Assembly (NCBI GenBank): GCA_021846045.1 | Contig: JAJZCM010000003.1 | Span: 23,604 to 87,603 of the forward strand | Reading direction: 5' to 3' | Origin: a bacterium | Lineage (GTDB): Bacteria; Elusimicrobiota; Elusimicrobia; UBA1565; UBA9628 | DNA length: 64,000 nt | Shown here: positions 57,142-64,000 of the stretch, piece by piece | How positions within the stretch are numbered: the first letter of the stretch is position 1 | Layout of the letters: every line of letters starts with the position of its first letter | Program-made: the position numbers and the translations under genes | The notes under the pieces: model-generated | The model's database searches: none | What the model saw: the letters and a program-made list of their open reading frames with translations, nothing else | Told to the model about the DNA's origin: nothing

Positions 57142-57870
57142 ATGTATATTGTGGACGTAACCATGCCAGTACAAGAGTCATCCAAAGATTGGGCGCGGCT
57201 CCGCAAATGTCCCTCAGAGGCCAGTATCCGTGAAATTTGCCGCCGGGTTGACGATGATTCCTGGGAAAATGCGAGTCCGAAACTTGAAAATAAAAAAGCG
57301 TTCGTTTCGGGAAGGTCTCCTAAAGATTCCAATGGGAGCGGGCCAGAGGCTCGTTTGGAGCGGCGATTGATCGAAGAGGTTCGTACGGTTGCGCTACCAA
57401 GGCAACGCAAAGGGATATCGACCATAACATTCGTGGCGTCGGCGTTCCCCGTTGGTGCAGGCAAGCGCGGACAGATAGATCTTCTAGGGGTTTCTGATAC
57501 AGGTGGCGTAATTGTTGTCGAACTTAAGGCCGTCTCAAATAATCCTTGGTGGGCAGTAGTTGAGGTGACTGAGTATCTTCTTCGTTTGCGCGCCAATTAT
57601 CCTCGCGTTAAGGCCTGGCTGGAGAATAAATGCAATGTGGCCGTCGGCACCCTGAAGTCTAGCCGAGGTTTGGCGGTATTGCCGCAAGGTTTATTTCGCG
57701 AGAAAGAGAAAGAATCTAATTTTGCAAAGGACTTGGTGAAGGCGCTTCGTAAGAAGGAGCTTAATATCGAGCTATATGAAATGGGCTATGAGGGGAGTGG
57801 GCGCTTGCCGCAATTTCACAAGCTAACGAAATGGATGTGTGTATTTGGTCGCAAAAACCCAAAACGTTAG
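57142..57870 (+). CDS. Putative PD-(D/E)XK-like nuclease
   Basis: EARLE...IDLLG...VVELK...AVVEVTEY restriction-fold signature. Confidence 0.6.
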   Translation: MYIVDVTMPVQESSKDWARLRKCPSEASIREICRRVDDDSWENASPKLENKKAFVSGRSPKDSNGSGPEARLERRLIEEVRTVALPRQRKGISTITFVASAFPVGAGKRGQIDLLGVSDTGGVIVVELKAVSNNPWWAVVEVTEYLLRLRANYPRVKAWLENKCNVAVGTLKSSRGLAVLPQGLFREKEKESNFAKDLVKALRKKELNIELYEMGYEGSGRLPQFHKLTKWMCVFGRKNPKR

Positions 57871-58019
57871 TGGTAGCAATTTGCTGATCGATCCGAAGAA
57901 TGTCCATTTGTGCGCCCTTGCCACCTCCAATTATTACAAGGACTGGTATTTGTCACCAGTGACGGACACAATAAATAAGGACACTGTTCGATAAATTTCT
58001 GCGTATCCATCACGGGAAT

Positions 58020-58451
58020 GTGGACTGCCTGCTCATGGAGGGAACGACCCTCGGGCGCGAGGACGCCGTCAAGCGCTATCGCGGCTCGGAGATCACGCTG
58101 CGGGAGATCGCGAAGGCGGGGGAAAAGGCTTTCCTGATGTATCGGGAGTCCATCCGGCCCAAGATCGAAAAAATCGGGGACTTAAAGGACGCGGCCATGA
58201 TCTATTCGATGTATGAAGGCTATAAGCGGGAGGAGTCGTTCAAGAAGGTCCAGTCGTTTCTGGATGAGAAGAAAATCACGCTTGAAACTGCGCACACGAG
58301 CGGCCACGCCTCTTTTGACGACCTCAAACGCTTGGCCGCAGCGCTCAAGCCCAATGTCCTGACCCCGATTCATACCTTCAACCCCGAGCGCTATGCCGAG
58401 CTCTGGCCCAAGGTTCGTTCGCTCAACGACGGCGAGACCTTTGAGCCGTGA
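58020..58451 (+). pseudogene. Internally deleted duplicate of the MBL hydrolase 3' half
   Basis: Near-identical to about 55908-55949 joined to 56241-56629; lacks the HxHxDH motif. Confidence 0.9.
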
Positions 58452-58495
58452 GTCGGGGACGGGAGGTCGTGTGCCACGCTGGGACACCCGCGCTC

Positions 58496-60559
58496 CTATC
58501 GAATTCTGACTAAAGCAATTTTCCCCACCGGTTTCGGTTCCACCTGAGGGACCTGGTCGGCGTTGTTGTCGAGACTGGCGGCGGCCGGAACCTTTCGCTT
58601 GAGATATCGCGACAGGGATCCCACCGTCACATGGCCAGCCCTCTTTGCTCCTCCATCTATTCCCTTCAGAAAGTAGTAGGTGAAAAGCCCGTGACCAGTC
58701 TTCTCATCCGGCCCCGCCTCCTGGTCGGCTTTTGCGGCAGAAAAGGCGATCAGCTTCCCAGTCCGTGGAAAGCTCCCTTCCTTAACAACCGTGACAAGGG
58801 CGCGCACGCCCTTCCCTATGACGGAGCGTCCGGGCCTCCCGGAAAAGCAGGCGTCTAAAGCGATAAGGACCCGTTTCGCATGAAGACGGTTGAGATCATT
58901 GTAAAAGCTGGTTTCACGGTAGGCGGTGTCTCTTAGGTCGTTGGGATTTCCTCCGGATGGAACGAGGTAGGTGTGACCATGAGCCCCCGGAGCTCCATGA
59001 CCCGAGAAATAGACCCAGACGGTTGAGTCCGGCTTTGCGTTCCGCCCGAGCCAGCGTATCCCTCCCTTGATTCCACCCCGTGTGGCCGTGCCGTTTGTGA
59101 GACGTTTGATATGGTCGGGAGGAACCCCTAGGGCAATCAGTGTGCGATAGACTGCACGGGAGTCCCGATCGGCGAACTGGACGGACGGAAGACCCCCGGG
59201 GTATTTTTCCACGCCGATCACGAGGGCAAACATGTGGCGGTTCCTGGGGGCCTTGAAGGTCGGACGATCAACGGAGGAATGAAAGACGCGAGCCTTGGGC
59301 TTAGCCTTGCGTTTGCCAATCTTCCTCACCTGCCGCTCAAGATTGGACAGCGCCTCGATCACCTGTGGCGAGGCCTGAGAAGACTGCGCGGGTTGCGCCT
59401 GTTGCTCCGCGATGGCGTTTTTTATGAGGTTGGCAACTTTATAATGGTTTTCATCTTCAGCCCATGTAAGAGCGGTCCCGCCTTTTACATCTACGACATT
59501 GAGATCGGCCCCGCTGGCAATCAAGAGCTTGACGATATTGGCGTGACCATATGTCGCGGCCAATATAAGAGCGGTAGCACCGAATTGGTTATTTACGGCA
59601 TTGACATTGGCACCGGCGGCAATCAAGAGCTTGGCGATATCTGTATGGCCTTTTACAGCGGCATTCATGAGAGCGGTAGTACTGCCGTAGCCGTATTGGT
59701 TATTTGTGGCATTGACATTGGCACCGGCGGCAATCAAGAGCTTGGCGATATCGGCATGATCAGCAACCCCGGCACCTATAAGAGCGGTATTGCCAGATTC
59801 GTCCGCGGCATTGACATTGGCGCCGCTGGCGATCAAGAGCTTGGCGACATTGGCGTGACCATAGTACGCGGCATTCATGAGAGCGGTTCCGCCGTTTTTG
59901 GCTGTGGCATTGACATCCGCCCCATCAGCAATCAAGAGCTTGGCGATATCCGTATGGCCTTTTACCGCGGCATTCATGAGAGCGGTTATGCCGTCTTTGT
60001 CTGCGGCATTGACGTCGGCCCTGGCCTTGAGAAGAAGGGAGATTATGTTCGCATTACCATTCTTAGCCGCATTCATCAGCGCGGTGTTCCCAGCATTGCC
60101 CCTAGCATTGACATCGGCCCCAGCCTTGAGAAGAGTGGTGACCATGTCCGCATTACCATTCTCAGCTGCATTCATCAGCGCGGTGAACCCAATATCGTCC
60201 CTAGCATTGATGTCAGCCCCGGCCTTGATAAGAAGTGTGACCACGTTTGCATGACCAGTTGCAGCCGCAGCCATCAGCGCGGTGTTGTCATAAGGCTCGT
60301 CCACGGCATTGATGGAAGCCCCGGCCTTGAGAAGAGCAGCGACCACGTTCGCTTGACCATTCGAAGCCGCATATAGCAACGCGGTGAACCCAATATCATC
60401 CTTGGCATTGACGTCGGCCCCGGCTTTGATGGCTTTCTCAACACCACCAAGGTCTCCGTTTTGTGCCGCGGAAAAAAGAGCTGCAGACGCGCATCCCAAA
60501 ATGTTCAGGGCGCCCGCCAAAAACAAGATGATAAAGAACATTGAAAGACCTCTATTCAT
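58496..60559 (-). CDS. Ankyrin-repeat caspase-like (C14) lipoprotein
   Basis: Lipobox ILGC; about 10 ankyrin repeats; YFSGHG and LDACFSG dyad; alternative in-frame ATG at 60616. Confidence 0.9.
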   Translation of the reverse strand: MNRGLSMFFIILFLAGALNILGCASAALFSAAQNGDLGGVEKAIKAGADVNAKDDIGFTALLYAASNGQANVVAALLKAGASINAVDEPYDNTALMAAAATGHANVVTLLIKAGADINARDDIGFTALMNAAENGNADMVTTLLKAGADVNARGNAGNTALMNAAKNGNANIISLLLKARADVNAADKDGITALMNAAVKGHTDIAKLLIADGADVNATAKNGGTALMNAAYYGHANVAKLLIASGANVNAADESGNTALIGAGVADHADIAKLLIAAGANVNATNNQYGYGSTTALMNAAVKGHTDIAKLLIAAGANVNAVNNQFGATALILAATYGHANIVKLLIASGADLNVVDVKGGTALTWAEDENHYKVANLIKNAIAEQQAQPAQSSQASPQVIEALSNLERQVRKIGKRKAKPKARVFHSSVDRPTFKAPRNRHMFALVIGVEKYPGGLPSVQFADRDSRAVYRTLIALGVPPDHIKRLTNGTATRGGIKGGIRWLGRNAKPDSTVWVYFSGHGAPGAHGHTYLVPSGGNPNDLRDTAYRETSFYNDLNRLHAKRVLIALDACFSGRPGRSVIGKGVRALVTVVKEGSFPRTGKLIAFSAAKADQEAGPDEKTGHGLFTYYFLKGIDGGAKRAGHVTVGSLSRYLKRKVPAAASLDNNADQVPQVEPKPVGKIALVRIR

Positions 60560-60616
60560 GGTTTCCTTTTGAAACATACTCTGGAGCCAACCATTTCCTC
60601 GCTTAAGCTCGGTCAT
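60553..60616 (-). repeat. 64-bp 5' cassette, copy 2
   Basis: 61 of 64 nt identical to 9240-9303. Confidence 0.9.
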
Positions 60617-60636
60617 GGTTTCCCTCCGTACGAACT

Positions 60637-60712
60637 CCCGCGTTCAGCCTGCCGCGATCTCGACACATGACCCGCCAATTTCTTTAGCACCGCGATGGAT
60701 GGTGATGTTCAT
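60637..60712 (-). pseudogene. 5' fragment of a second MBL hydrolase paralog
   Basis: MNITIHRGAKEIGGSCVEIAAG*TR versus intact MRLTIHRGAKEIGGSCVEITAGRTR; ATGA-coupled to the upstream nuclease. Confidence 0.88.
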
Positions 60713-61419
60713 GAACAACCAGCCCTCAGATTTTTTTTAACGACCTTGAATAACAGCTCTAGCTGATAGATGCTGACGTTCAATGTCTCTATGAGTTTTT
60801 TAAGCGCGGGACGCTTGTCCTTTTTAATTTCTTCTGCTTCGTCGAAGGCACGGCAGTTTCCAAACAAAAGAATTGACTTTTGAATTTCCTTTTTTTCGGC
60901 GCCGAAATCCTTTAGGAATTTTGTGTCGCATAACTGACGGGAATAGGTCTCAATTTCAAGGACTGCTCGCAACAGGGTGTCCTTGCTGTCATATTTGAAT
61001 TCAATAAGGTGAAGGGAGTCTTCCGTTTCCGAAACCAAATCAATTTTCCCCGCTTTGTCGGCCCGTTCATCGTTGAGCGGGACCTGATATTCGATAATCT
61101 GGCCCAATTCTCCCAAGCTCGCTTGATGGCAGAAGAGCATTTTGGCAAACGTAACTTCACCGCAGAGGCTTTTCTTCATGTCATCACCGCAAGGCACAGG
61201 TTTATGCCACTTATAAGTGCTTTTCCTTGTTATTTGCTTTATTTTCTCGAATCTTTGTTTGTTTTTCTCTAACTCTTTCGCCATTACTTCCGTGTAGTAC
61301 TCCTCGGTATCCTTCGTTTTCCCTTTCTGTTTAATAAATTCCTTATTATAGAGCCTCGAAAAATCCCCAACGTTGTTTAGGCGATATAGTGTCTCGGCGC
61401 GTGTGTATTCTTTAGACAT
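60709..61419 (-). CDS. Putative PD-(D/E)XK-like nuclease
   Basis: EYQVPL...GKIDLVS...LIEFK...AVLEIETY; SD GGAGG before ATG 61419. Confidence 0.65.
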   Translation of the reverse strand: MSKEYTRAETLYRLNNVGDFSRLYNKEFIKQKGKTKDTEEYYTEVMAKELEKNKQRFEKIKQITRKSTYKWHKPVPCGDDMKKSLCGEVTFAKMLFCHQASLGELGQIIEYQVPLNDERADKAGKIDLVSETEDSLHLIEFKYDSKDTLLRAVLEIETYSRQLCDTKFLKDFGAEKKEIQKSILLFGNCRAFDEAEEIKKDKRPALKKLIETLNVSIYQLELLFKVVKKNLRAGCS

Positions 61420-61467
61420 AATCCCTCCTCGCAGCTTGTTTTGCTCCTGGCTACATTGGCGTCCCAC

Positions 61468-62790
61468 TCATTCCAATTCGATCCCGTCGCCGGAGGCGTT
61501 TCTCGCGCCGTCGAGTCCCGGCGTCTCAAGCGCGCCATCGTTACCTGCGGGCGGCTCGGGGAGACTAAAACCGATTGGATCCCCTGCCCCACCCACGGAA
61601 GGCGGCGCGGTTTTATAGGTCTTAACCTGGGCCTTGATCTGCTTGCTTAAGATATCCACCGCCCTTGTTAAATCCCGATCCGCAATCTCCCTGTTCTCCC
61701 CTATCGCATAAGCCACCGCACTCGCGAGGATCTCCTGAACATAGGCCATTGAGAATCCTTCGGAGCGACGCGCGGCGTCCTTAAGAGCTTCGGGGCTGAA
61801 AGTCCCTTGAGCCTTGCGCTCTAGGAACTTCAACCTCAAGGCGTAATTGGGAAGCGGAAATGTCCAGACCCGGTCAAAGCGGCTTGGCCTGAGCAGGAGC
61901 GCCGGGTCCAGGCGTTCCGGCTCGTTGGTCGTCGCGATCACAAGGATTCCGCTCAGGCTGCTCAAGCCGTCGAGGAGATTGAGGATGCTGGATATCGAGA
62001 TGTTCTGGGAGAATTTATCTAAGTCCTCTAAGACCAGGATCGCAGGCGCCATGCTCCAGGCTGAGCGGAAGGCCATCTCGAGAAAGTCCTCTTCCCTCGC
62101 CCCGTTTTTCGGGGCATAAACGACGCAGGAGGCCTGCTTCATTGAGGCGATGCTTCGCACCGCCGAGGTTTTTCCGCATCCCGGGGGGCCGGCGAAGAGA
62201 AAGCCCCGGCGATAGGCGAGTCCAAACTGACGGTACATTTTCTTCGCCTTAAAAAAACTCTCGACGCTCATTTGGATTTCCTCACTCATGCCGGGCGGCA
62301 GGAAGAGTTCCTCCCACGACTGTTTCGGTTTCGGGAAGTCCGCTCCATTAACGACCTTGACCATGCCGCTTCTTTTCGCTCGAGCTATGGCAAAACGCCT
62401 AAGTTCTTCAAGGAAGCTCGTCACGGAGGTTCGTGACTTGGCGGCCACCAGGACCACCGAAAGAGTCGCCATCACATTGACCAGCAGCGTGACGCTCCGA
62501 CAATGAATGGGCTCGCCCTTCCACGCGAACCTGATTTCTCCGCGCCAATCCCAATCCTCATAGCGATCGCGCCGCCGCAGTTTCCCGTTGGGATCGACGA
62601 CGCGCTTGAGCCCTCTGACGATGTTTACTTCCGTCGCGGCCGATGGAGGCCGCAAGTCCAGGAAATCGGGGATGTCCGCTGTGTCGATGTTGTCGGACAT
62701 ATTGATTTCGAAGACATGCCATCCCTCTCCCGCCGGGTGCTCGGCGTGAAAACGCCTGCGTTCGTCGTTATAATATTGCGAGTCGCCCAT
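61468..62790 (-). CDS. AAA+ ATPase with an uncharacterised N-terminal domain
   Basis: RRGFLFAGPPGCGKT, LVLEDLD, ATTN, LDPALLLRPSRFDR. Confidence 0.92.
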   Translation of the reverse strand: MGDSQYYNDERRRFHAEHPAGEGWHVFEINMSDNIDTADIPDFLDLRPPSAATEVNIVRGLKRVVDPNGKLRRRDRYEDWDWRGEIRFAWKGEPIHCRSVTLLVNVMATLSVVLVAAKSRTSVTSFLEELRRFAIARAKRSGMVKVVNGADFPKPKQSWEELFLPPGMSEEIQMSVESFFKAKKMYRQFGLAYRRGFLFAGPPGCGKTSAVRSIASMKQASCVVYAPKNGAREEDFLEMAFRSAWSMAPAILVLEDLDKFSQNISISSILNLLDGLSSLSGILVIATTNEPERLDPALLLRPSRFDRVWTFPLPNYALRLKFLERKAQGTFSPEALKDAARRSEGFSMAYVQEILASAVAYAIGENREIADRDLTRAVDILSKQIKAQVKTYKTAPPSVGGAGDPIGFSLPEPPAGNDGALETPGLDGARNASGDGIELE

Positions 62791-62825
62791 TGTTTCTCTC
62801 AATTTAAGAGCAATACCCTTTGGGA

Positions 62826-62854
62826 AGGGTAACAGCCTCTTCTAAGCCTGTCAA
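62826..62854 (-). promoter_or_regulatory. Sigma70 promoter of the AAA-nuclease operon
   Basis: TTGACA-17 bp-TACCCT on the minus strand, with an extended TG. Confidence 0.55.
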
Positions 62855-62921
62855 GGCCAAAAAATAGAGTCATGTCAAGTAAAGTTCGGACTTTTGGACA
62901 TTTAGGTATAATAACTTCATT

Positions 62922-64000
62922 ATGTGGAAAAATCTTTTTGCGGCGAAACCTCTTTCCCTCATCATGGAGGAGATGAATAGCGGAAAACGGCTAAGCCGGG
63001 TTTTGGGGCGCTGGCAGTTGGCCGGAATCGGCATCGGCGGGATTATCGGCACCGGAATTTTCGTTTTGACCGGAGTCGCGGCGCACGATAAGGCGGGGCC
63101 GGCCTTGATTCTCTCTTTTGTCTTCGCCGGAATCGCCTGCATTTTCGCGGCTCTTTGCTACGCGGAGTTTGCGGCGATGGTCCCTGTCGCGGGTTCGGCC
63201 TACACCTACGCCTATGCGACCTTGGGGGAACTCTTTGCCTGGATTATCGGCTGGGATTTGATTCTGGAATACACCGTCGCCTCCGCCGCCGTCGCTCACG
63301 GCTGGTCGCATTATTTTCAAGACTTCATCAGCATTTTCGGACTCGCGATTCCGCACGCCTTGACGAATGCCCCGTTTGATTTTAGCCCGGCTTTGGGCCG
63401 CCTTTTGCCTACGGGCACGGTTTGCGATTTTCCCGCCATCGTCATCACCTTCATTATCATGGGCATTTTGATCGTCGGCGTCAGGGAAAGCGCCTCTTTT
63501 AACGCCTCCATGGTGTTTATAAAACTGGCCGTGGTTCTTTTTGTCATCGGCGTGGGGGCTCTGTATGTCAGGCCTCATAACTGGATTCCCTTCGCTCCCT
63601 ACGGATACACCGGGATCAGCTTTTTTGGAAAAACTATTTTTGGGCAAACGGGGGCAAGCGGCGAGCCTTTGGGGGTTTTCGCCGGCGCCGCGATGATTTT
63701 TTTCGCCTATATCGGCTTTGACGCCGTTTCAACCCAGGCGGAGGAGGCCATTGACCCGCAAACAAGCGTTCCCTTCGGAATCATTACGTCCCTGATCGTC
63801 TGCACCGTCCTCTACATTGCGGTGACGGCGGTTTTGACCGGAATGATTCCCTACAAACAGATCAATATCGACGCCCCGATTTCGGAAGCCTTTAAGCAGG
63901 TGGGACTTCCTTGGGCGCAAGGGATTATTTCCTTGGGCGCCTTGGCCGGCATCACCTCGGTTTTACTTGTGATGATGCTCAGTCAACCCCGCGTTTTTCT
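62922..64000 (+). CDS. APC-family amino acid permease (runs off the window end)
   Basis: Translated by hand: MWKNLFAAK...GIGIGGIIGTGIFVLTG...AGPALILSF...CYAEFA...GSAYTYAY...FFAYIGFDAVST. Confidence 0.93.
   Translation, partial: MWKNLFAAKPLSLIMEEMNSGKRLSRVLGRWQLAGIGIGGIIGTGIFVLTGVAAHDKAGPALILSFVFAGIACIFAALCYAEFAAMVPVAGSAYTYAYATLGELFAWIIGWDLILEYTVASAAVAHGWSHYFQDFISIFGLAIPHALTNAPFDFSPALGRLLPTGTVCDFPAIVITFIIMGILIVGVRESASFNASMVFIKLAVVLFVIGVGALYVRPHNWIPFAPYGYTGISFFGKTIFGQTGASGEPLGVFAGAAMIFFAYIGFDAVSTQAEEAIDPQTSVPFGIITSLIVCTVLYIAVTAVLTGMIPYKQINIDAPISEAFKQVGLPWAQGIISLGALAGITSVLLVMMLSQPRVF

Noticed and set aside
58020..58451. DGR template/variable repeat pair with the MBL gene
   Set aside because: Differences are mostly synonymous and not adenine-specific, and no reverse transcriptase is present.
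59234..60376. 380-aa repetitive plus-strand ORF
   Set aside because: Antisense shadow of the ankyrin repeats.
62991..63647. 218-aa minus-strand ORF
   Set aside because: Antisense to the clear amino acid permease on the plus strand.

Overview
Bacterial chromosomal window, probably Elusimicrobiota or similar (inferred from gene style, not verified). Core content: an HsdR remnant; an etfBA / FAD oxidoreductase / polyprenol kinase operon behind tRNA-Tyr; membrane glycosyltransferases and MltB; a type IV pilus/T2SS-like operon; hopanoid-tailoring genes hpnJIL plus hpnK; tatA/tatC; ruvAB; a two-component cluster; queA/tgt; secreted S1/P1 and PLD-family enzymes; a BrnT-type toxin-antitoxin pair; trxA, polA, rhomboid, coaE and rho; and a truncated amino acid permease. 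Unusual signals: (1) a 94-bp MITE-like element with 12-bp terminal inverted repeats and an 8-bp target duplication, adding exactly 34 codons to hpnK and to coaE; (2) a 66-bp two-hairpin element inserted in frame once in queA and as six tandem copies inside a lipoprotein signal peptide; (3) a rearranged island at 55.3-62.8 kb with an AAA ATPase, two PD-(D/E)XK-like nucleases and three copies or fragments of an MBL/beta-CASP gene, a candidate undescribed defence system; (4) a 64-bp 5' cassette shared by two unrelated secreted-protein genes; (5) a rod-shaped, 6S-like structured RNA candidate. All calls were made by eye, without database searches.
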